64,000 bases of DNA, from positions 62,868,001 through 62,932,000 of the forward strand of contig OX597827.1 in NCBI GenBank assembly GCA_951406725.2, in the 5' to 3' direction. This stretch comes from Octopus vulgaris (lineage: Eukaryota). The notes beneath the pieces were generated by a model. It made no database searches and was not told the origin of the DNA. It was given only the letters and a program-made list of their open reading frames with translations. Below are positions 1 to 11,849 of this stretch, one piece after another. Within the stretch, counting starts at the first letter, position 1. The number at the start of each line of letters is the position of its first letter. Both the position numbers and the translations under genes were made by a program.

Positions 1-8
1 TGAACAAT

Positions 9-41
<33 letters not shown>

Positions 42-235
42 AACAATAATAATAACACCGAAAAATACCTTAGGAATGAGAACCCAGGTTCGAAATTTCC
101 CCCAAGGCACCTGAAGAAATCTGGAGGGTATATCAGCCGAAACGTTGTGTTAACAAACATGATGAGGACAAACATCCATCAAATGTAAATAATGTAAATA
201 ATGTACATAATTCCTCATCTCTTAAATATAGAACT
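1..235 (+). mobile_element. 3' part of tRNA-headed, hammerhead-containing SINE-like element (copy 1; head lies outside the window)
   Basis: (AAC/AAT)n linker then GAAAAATACCTTAGGAATGAGAACCCAGGTTCGAAATTTCCCCCAAG...AATGTAAATAATGTA, closely matching 28773-28920. The tail 183-235 matches the reverse complement of 28302-28355. Confidence 0.75.
106..151 (+). ncRNA. Type I minimal hammerhead ribozyme motif (partly degenerate)
   Basis: GGCAC-CTGAAGA-A-ATCTG[gagggtatat]CAGCC-GAAAC-GTT-GTGTT. Cores CUGANGA and GAAA, stem I GGCAC/GTGTT, palindromic mini stem III (AACGTT); stem II has 2 mismatches. Confidence 0.65.
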
Positions 236-585
236 CTCTTATTTTATATAAGTATAAAGTAAAACGAATCGCGTTATTGTAAATTCGCCCTAGTTTGTAG
301 TTTCATATTATTTACCGTTGACTTCAAATCATCAAACCTTAATATAACCACTCTGAAATCATTTATTTCCTACACTTCTCAATTACTTTTATCTCCTTTT
401 TTATTTTTCGATATTCTTCTAATGTTTTTTTTATCTAACAAACATTTTTATATGCAATGCTTTTACAAACGTTTTTCTTCATAATTTTATAACTTAATGG
501 ACAAATCTCTTGAGTATTATTATATTACAGTACACGTTAGATATATACAAATACATACACATGTGTGGATATATGGGTGTATAAG

Positions 586-617
<32 letters not shown>

Positions 618-684
618 GGTCCCGGGTTGAGTCGGGGTTAACCACAGTAAATAAGGTACTCAATACATTGCAGAGTAAAGTAAT

Positions 685-806
685 TTATTTTATAGAAGGA
701 GTTCTACAGGACTAGAACTGTTTCATTCAGATGAAATCTTCAGGAAGCTTCCTGAAGATTTCATCTGAATGAAACAGTTCTAGTCCTGTAGAAGCTCCTT
801 CTATAA

Positions 807-811
<5 letters not shown>
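685..811. repeat. Near-perfect 127 bp palindrome with no spacer (axis 747/748, one 1-nt indel)
   Basis: TTATTTTATAGAAGGAG(C)TTCTACAGGACTAGAACTGTTTCATTCAGATGAAATCTTCAGGAAG followed directly by its reverse complement. Confidence 0.95.
746..796 (+). ncRNA. Type I hammerhead ribozyme motif in the right palindrome arm (mirror copy on - strand, ~699-749)
   Basis: AGCTTC-CTGAAGA-TTTCATCTGAAT-GAAACAG[ttctagtc]CTGTA-GAAGCT. Stem I 6 bp, stem III ACAG/CTGT, GUA cleavage triplet ending at 790, short stem II TTC/GAA. Confidence 0.75.
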
Positions 812-879
<68 letters not shown>

Positions 880-955
880 ACATGGACATGATTATAAATA
901 CATATACTCTTGACGTCATAAAGATTTTATGAACGTTCAAGAAAACATTATCCCG

Positions 956-1176
956 TTTTGGGAACTCTGGATTTTGAAGCACAACCTATAAGGCTATAAA
1001 TTATAGCATTGTTGAAATATTTGGTTGCAAAACTTATTCGGAATAGAACATGTTCAAAGATGACTGTCATATGTACCAGAGGTACTTTCTCTATCGAAAG
1101 ATTTTGCCGACGCAATATTTCAACGCTGTTATTTAGAGGTTTATGCAATATGCCGCGCAATCCAATGTTCCGAAAC
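956..1176. repeat. Degenerate MITE-like inverted repeat
   Basis: GTTTTGGGAACTCTGGATT...GTTGAAATAT is imperfectly complementary to ATATTTCAACG...AATCCAATGTTCCGAAAC. Confidence 0.35.
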
Positions 1177-1185
1177 AGAATTTTT

Positions 1186-1310
<125 letters not shown>

Positions 1311-1486
1311 ATATGTATGTATATATGTATGTATGAATATATATACGGACCAAATAATTCCCGAAAAAGTAATTTACGATGATATAATTAACTCCAGTGT
1401 AAAAATTCAAAAATGATAACAACAGAATCAATGATGTAGGCGAATGCAGCCCCCCTCCCAGAAAATATTAAATAGCTGAAAGATTA

Positions 1487-1688
1487 AAATTAGTCAAAGG
1501 ACATATTAAGTATGTCTTATTTAAATTGCCAAATGTCTTATTTGAATTGCCAAACTAAACTGATGATAACTACAGAAAGTAACGGTTGATTCCTGCAGTT
1601 ATCATCAGTTTAGTTTGGCAATTCAAATAAGACATTTGACTGTTACTTCTTGTAGGTAGACATACATAATATGTCCTTTGATTAATTT
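1487..1688. repeat. Foldback / MITE-like hairpin
   Basis: Inner arms ~1530-1575 and ~1593-1638 (CAAATGTCTTATTTGAATTGCCAAACTAAACTGATGATAACT and its reverse complement). Outer arms AATTAGTCAAAGGACATATTA / TAATATGTCCTTTGATTAATT. Confidence 0.85.
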
Positions 1689-1863
1689 ATATATATATAT
1701 ATACATAATTATAATTAGGGTTCAGCTAATTGCTTCACCACATACCAAATTTAGAAATAGGAGTTAAAATTCCTTTTCTGCTACTATAAGAATCTCCATG
1801 ATGGTAAACATACTTTTTAACGAAGGCAATGAGAAAAACAATGAATCAACACAACAAGGATTA

Positions 1864-1926
1864 ATTATATACGCGTTTCGAGATTAGAGTAATTTGAATT
1901 TTACTTACGTCTCTCTTCAGTATAAT
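1864..1926 (-). ncRNA. Type I hammerhead ribozyme motif, intact core (Penelope-like)
   Basis: Minus strand: ATTATA-CTGAAGA-GAGA[cgtaagtaaaattcaaattactctaa]TCTC-GAAAC-GC-GTA-TATAAT. Stem I 6 bp, stem II 4 bp plus an internal AGTAA/TTACT helix, palindromic stem III ACGCGT. Confidence 0.8.
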
Positions 1927-2133
1927 ATTTCCAATTTTTATAAAATTTGAAAGTGCTATGGCGGAATATGTACACAATTGAGAGTCATCATGTAACAGAT
2001 ATCCAAGCAACACTTCCAAAATTTACAGAGCCGAATGTGAATACACTATTCAAATCCTATACCCATGTGTATGCTACGAGTAATACTGCAGAAAACTGCA
2101 GTATTCTGTCATGGAGTAAATCATAATTTTAAA

Positions 2134-2228
2134 TTAATAATAGAAGGTAAAATGTATTAATTAAATTAATTAAAATAATTTAATTAATTAATTAATTAAT
2201 TAAATAAATAAATTTTACCCTTCTATTA

Positions 2229-2233
<5 letters not shown>
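2134..2233. repeat. Short AT-rich foldback
   Basis: ATTAATAATAGAAGGTAAAAT ... ATTTTACCCTTCTATTATTAAT around a (TAAT)n spacer. Confidence 0.8.
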
Positions 2234-2291
<58 letters not shown>

Positions 2292-2297
<6 letters not shown>

Positions 2298-2540
2298 CAA
2301 AAAAGATCACGAAAGAAAAATCAAATTTGTATGTATATATATGTATATATGTATGTATGTATGTATGTAGGTGTGTATGTATGTATGTATGTATGTATGT
2401 ATGTATGTATGTATGTATGTATATATATACATACATACATACATACAAACATACATACATAATACATACATACATACATACATACATACATACATACATA
2501 CATACAAATTTGATATTTATTTCGTGATCTTTTTTTGATA
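2292..2540. repeat. Foldback enclosing inverted (GTAT)n/(ATAC)n microsatellites
   Basis: TATCAAAAAAGATCACGAAAGAAAAATCAAATTTGTATG ... CATACAAATTTGATATTTATTTCGTGATCTTTTTTGATA. Confidence 0.85.
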
Positions 2541-2900
2541 CATTAATGCTAAGGTTGTAAAGGTAAATATATTTTGCAAAAGTGTAGAGTCTCTTATACA
2601 CACGCATGCGCGTGCGCAAGCACACACACACATATACGTACCTCAATAACGTACACACATATTTGAATTCATATTTATTTTTTATTTCTGCATACAAAAT
2701 AAAACAGAGAAATATGACATTATTATGCCATTGTGTACTCTCATACATATTTCGTACGTATCTATAGGCATGCACACTACCCACATTATACACACACACA
2801 CACATACACACATATATACGTATACATACGTATACATAAACGTATGTTCATATATACGTAGGCATGAATGCATGTTTGTGTACGTAGGTAATACACACAA

Positions 2901-2934
<34 letters not shown>

Positions 2935-3014
2935 GTATATAAATATATATAATCTATAATTTACTTATATATATAATCTATAATATATGTATATATGTAT
3001 ATAATGTATGTATG

Positions 3015-3048
<34 letters not shown>

Positions 3049-3202
3049 TATTTATATATGTATATATGTATGTATGCATAGCTACGCATGCTCTTACACA
3101 AACAAACATACACACGCATAACACACAACACACACATACACACACATATATAAACATTTATGTATGCATATATATATATGTATGCATGCAAATATGCATG
3201 TA

Positions 3203-3287
<85 letters not shown>

Positions 3288-4485
3288 AATATAAACATAC
3301 ACACCCACACACTTATGTGTATGTATGTATGTATGTTTGTATGTATTCATGTATGCATGTATATATTTGTATACCTCACAATTTCCTATTGAAATAACAG
3401 ATAAGCAAAGTCAATAATTGCTGAGTCTTTTCTGATATGTCCTTACTGCATCATAGTGGATGGGTTCTTTTCAATTTAACGTTCTTCCAATATTTATCAA
3501 GTATGTTCTTGAATTTGTTAGTAATATTTAACTCGACAACCTTTCTTAGGTATCGATTTCAGATTGTATTGATCCAGAAGGTTCTTCTGTCCTGTTATAA
3601 ATTATTTATGCGAATGACCTCATGTAGATAACTGATAGAATTCCAATTTATCTTCTTTGTTGATCTTGACACTTCCTGTTATCATCTTTTGATGATATAT
3701 GGCATCTTTCGTCCTCAGTTTGTAGAACATTGAATACAAATCAATCGCATAATTTATGGTTTTCTTATGCTGCAATCCCTTAAATTCGAAATCAATTTAC
3801 TATTTTATTTTGTTTTGTTTTTCTACTGAAATCGAATGATTTCTTCTAGAATCTGATCCTTCCTGAATGTTAGCTCCGAATTTCTGTTCCCCTATTGCAG
3901 ATGCAATACAACGTTACGCATTGGCTCAATCGATAAAACATTGGCCAGAATGCTTCATGGGATCTGTTCAAAACTCCTACGCTCCATGTTCAAATCTTAT
4001 CAAGTTCAAATGTGTATTTTCTCCTCTAGGGCTAGATAAATAAGTACATATATAGGGCAGCAGAACATTTGCAAAGCTTTCATCGGAAATAGTAGGATAT
4101 TTTACCAAATAACTTGTGCTATTTGTTTCGAATCTTTATGTTCTGAGTTCAAATACCGTCACGCAATGCATGAATTTTCCAATAAATCCGTCGCCTGGTT
4201 TAATAAGATCATTTATCATTTTAAGTGATTTTAGTGCAATCTAAGCTGTTGCAAATACGTGGGCCAGTCTTGCAAATTGAAGAAGCGTTTCTCCCTTCTT
4301 CTCACCCGTCTCTTACATATCTATACCCTTCGCTTCCTATAGAGAATAGGCAACCGTGCGCGATTTTGGTCCCTTGTTTCCCAGGTTTTGTTTTTGAATT
4401 GTCATTAATGCTCTTGTAATTTTGCTTTATTTCCTAGGTGGCCGTGTTGGCCCCGCGCAAACGTTGCATACCATACGTGTTTAAT

Positions 4486-4555
<70 letters not shown>

Positions 4556-5910
4556 CAAATGAAGTAAATGAAAAACAGGACGCAAAGGATTTTGCGGTAC
4601 ATATGTTTTGGGCTTTATTGAACAACTTATTCTTATATCAATGCATAATTGATATAACAAATAGATCAAAAGCCTTCTTCAGCCGCGTACAATTGCCACA
4701 CCAAAGACTTGTATCACATTATAACAGGTTTGAGAAAAAGTTTGAGAAAAAAACCGAGTTTCATTGGGAAAGAAAGTCCTCATAGGCGTACATGGTATTG
4801 CTAGACTCCAAAACAAATCGTCCATATATATACATAATTCATGCATGCATATCAATTTGGTCGAGTCAGTCTCACATTGGTTATCTCACCAACATACATT
4901 TCATTTCCAAATATTCGATACACGTACCTATATACATTTGCACACAATTTTGTATAGACGGTGATTATCAATAACTTAGAACATACATATATAAAAACGC
5001 TATTCAGATAACTTACAAATCTCTCACATGCTCGATCGCTCTTCTCAACTGAAAAACGACTGCTTTTAGTCCACTATATTTCTACCTTTGCTTAACATAT
5101 TTTCCATTATTCTTCTTATGCTTTTAATATTACTATGCTTCTCCTATTTAGAAAAAATATTAGAATGCCAGAATCATTACATTCTCATTTTCTTTCTACC
5201 ATTCCTTCGCAATGTGATTGAATTAACTTTAAATACTTTTCTCATATTTTTCTATTTTCTATTCTCTAGTCTTTCTCGTAAGTTACCTGGATATTCAAAG
5301 AGAGAAAGTCGGGCAGGGTAAAAGAGAAAGAGAATTGTGATTCAGAAATATGCAACACAGATTTCCGTAAATAAAATGTTCGACTTTTATACATTTGGTG
5401 TCATGACAGAAGATATATGTATATACTTGCTCTATGATAATATATGAATATCAACAACCTGTGGTAGCAATATAATTAGAAGAAATATAGTCGAGAAGTC
5501 AGTAAGATATAAAAATATTAAAATAGCAATGCGATAGTAATAATACAGCAGAAATTGCTAAATGACAGGAATAGATAGGAATAGAGAGAATAGAATATTG
5601 AGAGAGAAGGGGAGAAAGAGAGGACGGGGGAGATAGAGAAAAAGAGAGAATTCAAAAGGGTGAATGAGCGAGTGATTCGGTATCTGAGTTTAAGTAAGTG
5701 TATGGAAATGTAAGTTAGAAAGTGGTTAATATATGTTATAAGAGAGAAAAAGAAAATAAAGTATTTACATACAGCAAGAAATGATATGCATGAAAAATAG
5801 AAAGTAATGAAGAATAAAGTATGTGGAAAATTTGGTTTCATAGAAAGTAAGAAAGAATGATAGAGCGGTAGATTCATATAGACAGAGAAAAAGAGTTACA
5901 CGCATGCATA

Positions 5911-5976
<66 letters not shown>

Positions 5977-6054
5977 TACACCTAGATACAAGCAGATACA
6001 AATATATATATATACAAATATACACACGTATACATGTATGTATATACATATAAG

Positions 6055-6295
6055 CTGAGTTACGTGTCTTTGAGTTTAGTGTATTGCACTTATGATCGTA
6101 AAATTGTGGTTTCGATTCCTGGATCGGGCGGTGTGTTGTGTTTTTAAACTAAACACTTATTCGCCATTGCTCCAAATTATTCAGCTAGCAAAATAGATAA
6201 TCCTTCGACGGAACGGCGTGTCTCATCCAGTGTGAAATATGTACATCACAAGATCTGGAAAACCAACCTTATGAGCCTATGGCTTGGGAAAGTGT
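6055..6295 (+). mobile_element. Degenerate tRNA-derived SINE
   Basis: B-box-like GGTTTCGATTCC followed by a body resembling 36281-36535 (ACACTTATT...TTGCTCCA...TCAGCT). Confidence 0.55.
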
Positions 6296-6418
6296 TATAA
6301 AGTGGCCACCGTTGTATCTGTCTTTGAACGACAGTTGTCATTCTGACAGATATTGTTATATTCTGAAATCGTCGATAGGATGTTTCTATCTGTCACTTTA
6401 CGACCTTCAGTCGTATAG

Positions 6419-6621
6419 TGTTATTATCCTAAAAAGGCAGGATTGTCATAAAGTTCACTCAGTCTCGCAGTATAATTATTATATCAGCACAGACACGACT
6501 ATCAACAAAGTCTACACGTCATCTCGTACTCTACGTACGCTGCCGTTTCTGGTCGACGTCATCTTGCTTATAGTGACTCTATCATTCCACTCATCACGTG
6601 GATGGGTGCACCATTATTACT
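6419..6621 (-). repeat. Putative 3' LTR of the Gypsy remnant
   Basis: On - strand it follows a purine tract (AAAAGGGAA) and ends ...AATAACA. The 5' TG appears mutated to AG and no second LTR is seen. Confidence 0.35.
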
Positions 6622-7495
6622 AATTCCCTTTTAAGTTTTTCTTGAGAAGTGTCATTTCTTTAGTAATAATATTCTTATTCACTCCACCTCCCTTATTTGA
6701 GTTTTCTTTGGAACAATTTAATATTTTTTCTCTTGGAATCTATTTTCATGAACCCTATAGGTTTTTCTTTTCCTTTCACTTGTACGCCCGTGTTCACTCA
6801 ACCTATAGTAGTGTTGATACTTGGAACGTATCATACAACCATTCCTTAGATTCCTCCAACTTCTTTGGTTCACTGTCCACGAATTTCTTTTTCAGTTGGT
6901 TCCTGTGTCTCTTTTGTATGTCTTTTCTACTTTTTACTCAATACATCATTTATCTACGTATTTGGTAATTTCGTCCTCTACCCAGTTTTGCTTTCCATAC
7001 TTGTATGTCCTCATATACATCTTACCACCATGTTTAAAAAATCTTGCTACACTTTTTTTTTTCTTGCCAAGTAGCCATTTATCAAAAACTGGCTTTACTT
7101 TCTCTGCAAACATCTGTTCCACTGGTGAACTACATGCTAGTGTGTTCGTATTTGGTGTTAGGGTTACAAATTCGTTAGACACAAATTGCGTTCGATTATC
7201 ATCAACTACTTGTCCTAAGTATTTGATTATTTTCTTTCACCAAGAATTCACACTTTACCGCCACACCAAATGGAAGCCGTTTAATTTACTGTAAACCATG
7301 CTCTGTGTCAATTTTTAGCAAAAGTGGGCATGTGCGACAAAAAAATCGTTCACCCTGATTGAAAAATCTGTACAAACTCTTCGTTTGTCATTCTTTTGCA
7401 CGTAAACCGTCAGTGTTGCCCATTCTGGGAAGTCATTTTTTAAAGTTATACCAAAACTTTCCAGTTTTACCAGTTCTTTGTTAACCGGGTCTATT
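6622..7495 (-). pseudogene. Gypsy/Ty3 LTR retrotransposon pol remnant (RT and integrase motifs, multiple internal deletions)
   Basis: Minus-strand translations across frameshifts and stops: VNKELVKLES.GI, EWATLTVYVQKNDKRRVCTDFS, HGL..KRLPFG, KCEF, IKYLGQVVD (RT); DNRTQFVSNEF, TPN...SPVEQMF, F..G..Y.R.Y..GK..W, KRHRNQL (integrase). Confidence 0.85.
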
Positions 7496-7508
7496 GCTGC
7501 AGCGGTAC

Positions 7509-7554
<46 letters not shown>

Positions 7555-7581
7555 AAATAAGCAACAGGGGATCAAGTATCA

Positions 7582-7670
7582 TGCAGTACGACCGTTTCAA
7601 CAAGCGGTTCCATTTACTTGAACAATGTAATCATAACATCAATTTAGATGCAGTCCTATCTTCAGTTGCA
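7582..7670 (-). ncRNA. Degenerate hammerhead motif (left arm)
   Basis: Minus strand: TGCAA-CTGAAGA-...-GAAACGGTCGTA-CTGCA. Core intact, stem II decayed. Confidence 0.5.
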
Positions 7671-9279
7671 CAAAATATAGAATTTTTTAACAAGTAGGAC
7701 ACATTAATATATTTTTTCTTAAATATTTTAACAGAGTAAGTAGATGGAAGAAATTCATGTTGCTATTATAGCAAGCAAGCTAAAGATAGACTACAATGTC
7801 TTAGAATGGCATGAAGCATAGTGGAGTCACAGGGTTGTAAGGGTTGTTATTCATTTCTTATTTATTTATCTCTTTATCATTTATTAAATGTGAGGCTAGA
7901 AGAATGTGTCGATTTTGAATAAAAAACACGAGTGCGTTGATCGCTCATTCCTAGGTATGATCATTACACTATTTTTCCTTTCTATCATGTTCTATCCTAC
8001 TCGTCATATTATGTATATTTGTAATGACTTTATGAAAGTAAGTCACACTTTGACTAAATAATATACCCCCTAGAAACTATAAAATCACACATACAATAAC
8101 ACCTTTAATATTATAACTTATAAAACCGTTTTCGGTTTGAAAACCTGTAACAGCCCTCACTACTTCCATACTTATTGCCCCCTCTTTTCAGTTTACCTTT
8201 ATCTTTTCCTTGCCTCTAATTTTAATTCCGCCTCTTTATATGTTGATTATATATATTTCGTATTATTTTCTATAAATTCTTATTATTCTGTTTTCTTATT
8301 TTTATATCCTTACTTATTAAGCTCGTATCCTTCAGAAATTGTTATTTTCCTGTTCATAAATTGATATTTTTCGGTTACTTATGTCTATGCAAGATACTTA
8401 TACTATATTCATATGAGCGTATAAATATTTGTGTACATGTATATATACATACACGAGCATATATACGTGTGTGCATGTGCATATACATATTTATAAAAAA
8501 CCTTCTTTGGATATGTATTTGTATGCATTATTTTACCCTTTACACATACTTATATCATCACATATTATTCGAGTCGTTATATATATTTTTTTAATATGTC
8601 TATGTATTACCATTATCTCAATATCCCGCTTCTGATACTATCCAAATTAATGGATAGCATGTATGTCTTTCCAGATATTCCATATGTAAGTGCCTTGGGC
8701 AGTCTTTATAGAAACCACCTGATAATTAATTAAGCACAAGAATGCTATTAAACTGATTCTACATAATCTTCCTTTTTAATACCTAAAAGTTATATACACA
8801 CCTCTTAGCTATTTTGGTTATGATATCATTTGGAATTCTTAAATTGTATTTTCATACAACATAACAATATTGTTTATAAATGTTCCCCCATCAGGCCCCT
8901 AATAAATTTCCCTGAATTAAAATCTTAAGTTTCTTAGTTTCTTGCCCCTTTAACTGATAATGAACACCATGATTTAAAGTTTACGCCTGCCCTACCTCTT
9001 TATTATAGACAGTTAACTCACTCTTGTTCTTTATTCAAAATAGATACAGTCTTGTCTTGGATTAAGTAGATGATAAAGATATAAATAAATTAGAAATGAA
9101 TTACAATCCTTACAACCCTATGACCCAACTATGCTCCATGCGATTCTAAGAAACTTTAGTCTATTCTTAGCTACATTGCAATATTAGCGACAACGAATTT
9201 CTTCCATCTTCTTAGTCTGTTAAAATATTTAAGAAAAATGATATTAATGTGTCCTGCTCGTTACAAAGTCTATATTTTG

Positions 9280-9365
9280 TGCAGCCGAAGACAGCATTGC
9301 ATCTACATTGATGTAATGACTATATTGTTCAATTAAATTAAGTCGCTGGAAACGGCCGTTCTGCA
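9280..9365 (+). ncRNA. Hammerhead motif (right arm), long stem II loop
   Basis: TGCAG-CCGAAGA-CAGC[49 nt]GCTG-GAAACGGCCGTT-CTGCA. Stem I 5 bp, stem II 4 bp, palindromic stem III ACGGCCGT; one core change (CCGA for CTGA). Confidence 0.65.
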
Positions 9366-9477
9366 TTGATACTTGATATCCTGTTGCTCATTTTGATTTT
9401 ATTCAACATACTTCGAGCTGTGTGATAATACTGGACTGACATGGTGCTTTAACTTAAGTACCTAATTCAACTGAATT

Positions 9478-9565
<88 letters not shown>

Positions 9566-9651
9566 TGGGAGAGAAAGAGAGCGATGCAATTATGCAGATA
9601 AACAAATTAGATATATTGAATATAACATCTTGGGTATGGAATACAAAATAC

Positions 9652-9706
<55 letters not shown>

Positions 9707-10473
9707 AGACGTGAGAAAGCAACAAGTGGAGATTTTTAGACAATTAATTTTTAAGTATAAATATATGAATATTTGTATTAGTAGATCTTTCATAGAATAC
9801 AAACAACAGAGAAAAATCAAAGGTGAGAAAGAAAGGTGTTATAAGTCCAAGAGCTGTTTCTGGGGACTCGGAGATCCAGCATAGTGTTGGTAGATGTAGT
9901 TCATCAGAATATGCGGCCGTAATTGAAGCAATCAATATTAGATAAATCGAGCATCCGTCATCAGGGTAGAAAAGCGCTACATTTCGGATCATAATGCAGA
10001 GAAATTCAAAGGGGGAATGATTAAATGTGGAGAGCTAGGGAGGAGATAGGAAGAATATTGGGACTACGGAGAATGTTAAGATAGGGAGTGTGTATACATA
10101 AAATGTGCATATGTGTTTGTGATTGTGCGTGTGTTTGTGTTTGTGTGCACAACGCTTTCAACAATGAAGCGATATTGCCAAGATATATAAAATCCAATTC
10201 CTTTTGTGCATACCTCAATATCCACGAGGAAGTTATGAACATCATTTTTCACAACTCCAGAAGTAGTGGCACACATGCGCACACAAGCAAGTATACATGC
10301 ATTGGTAAACTTTTGAAATGCTCTGCAAGGAATACCAGAGTAGAAAATAAATTAACTTTCCGTACGTAAATTTTTTTAAAGAAACTTTAATATATTAAAA
10401 TTTCACATCTCTTGGTGAGTATTGGGATGCTATCTTGTGCATAACTTTGTTTACATATATTATATATTAGATG

Positions 10474-10555
<82 letters not shown>

Positions 10556-10880
10556 TGTACATGTATGTACGTATAGTTCAATACACTCACACATATATAT
10601 GAACATGCACACACAGATCTTTGTATATAGATATGCATACATAAATATATACATACATACACCTATACATACATAGAAATACACACACATACATACATAT
10701 GTGTGTGTGTTTCTTTAAAAGCTTTTGCAAAATCTACTGTTTCAACTTTGAAGCTGCGGTCACACTGGAGTACCACCAGATTTTCTGAAGAATTATTTAC
10801 TATTTCGAAAATAATTTGGAGAAATAGGAGGATCCGAACCTTTTGGGGGGAAGTTTTCATATCGTGTGAGCGAGTGCTTT

Positions 10881-10926
10881 TCCCATTGACAACGGCTTAA
10901 GAGCTAGAAACGCTGCGCCCGGGAAT
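10881..10926 (+). ncRNA. Decayed hammerhead-like motif
   Basis: TCCCA-TTGACAA-CGGCT[taag]AGCTA-GAAACGC-T-GCGCC-CGGGA. Three stems are recognisable, but the core needs about 3 transitions to restore CTGACGA/GTC. Confidence 0.35.
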
Positions 10927-11109
10927 CCGACAGAACACAGCACCGGACAACTATTGTATTTTTACATTTTGAACATAAAGATTATTTTCTTCTTGGTAGC
11001 TGCAGTGAATTTGCATTTAGAAGTTAAAATATGTCACCAGCATAGTTTTTCGAACCGAAAGTTCACTTATATCTCAACATTGCTTGGCGCTACACCGGGT
11101 CTCCAAGAT

Positions 11110-11270
11110 GCTTAGAAGCATTTCGTCCTGGTTTCAAATTTTGCCGAGTTCGATTTTGCATTTCATCATTTCAGGGACGACAGAATACGTACCAGTTGAA
11201 TCCTGGCGTTGTTGTAAATAATTTATCCCCTCCCCCAAATTTCAGGCCTCGTGCCTATAGTTGAAAGGAT
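11110..11270 (+). mobile_element. SINE family B fragment (Deu/Nin-like core)
   Basis: TTCAAATTTTGCCGAGTTCGATTTTGCATTTCATC...GTACCAG...TTTCAGGCCTCGTGCCTATAG, then (ATT)n. Confidence 0.7.
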
Positions 11271-11283
11271 TATTATTATTATT

Positions 11284-11834
11284 GAGTGAGAGAGCAGTTA
11301 ATGCCATCAAAGTGACACTGGGGTAAAATATACGAAGCCCAATATACCCATCATGACTACCCGTCTGATAAGGGTACACCTGGCACATGCATCACAACTA
11401 TATGTGCGCGACATGGTGATCTCATATCAAGGTAAACAGCGCATGACCTTGCAGGTGGGGCCCAGTTAGAATTTTCTTCAGGTCGAGTAGCCCATCCCGC
11501 TCAAAAAGTCCCTGAATAAGGGTTGTTTAAGGATGTTGAAAGAACCACCCATGTTTCCAGAGGTGAATTATTCAAACCCCAAAGAATCCCTCTCAACACA
11601 TGGCTATGATGCTCCCCCACTACTTCTGCTCGTGATCAGAGATGCACATATCGTCAGCCACTAAGGGACATGCTCAACTGGTTAAGGTCAAACAACTGAC
11701 AAGCAAATCTGTGGTATTGAGCAGAATATTTGCTGTAGCCCATCATTTATACCAAGACAAAACAATGTACATGACACTTCCAATCAGTTAAGATCAGAAG
11801 CCATGAGAGCCAATGCCTGGTACTGCATCAGGGC
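11284..11834 (-). mobile_element. ~550 bp non-coding (AAT)n-associated retroposon, full-length copy
   Basis: Reverse complement of 47669-48221 at high identity; flanked by (TTA)n. Confidence 0.85.
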
Positions 11835-11849
11835 ATTTATTATTATTTT

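Larger units (their letters stand above)
7551..9485. mobile_element. Element with ~330 bp diverged terminal inverted repeats, each carrying a hammerhead motif (Penelope-like inverted pLTR structure)
   Basis: 7551-~7885 is the imperfect reverse complement of ~9065-9397. The element is flanked by (TA)n. Confidence 0.7.

Noticed and set aside
3390-3780. Possible LINE coding remnant on the - strand
   Set aside because: Purine-biased, but no motif I can identify with confidence.
9850-9995. Two CTGATGA motifs plus GAAA motifs on the - strand
   Set aside because: I could not close stems I and III consistently. It may be a decayed PLE ribozyme but is unsupported.
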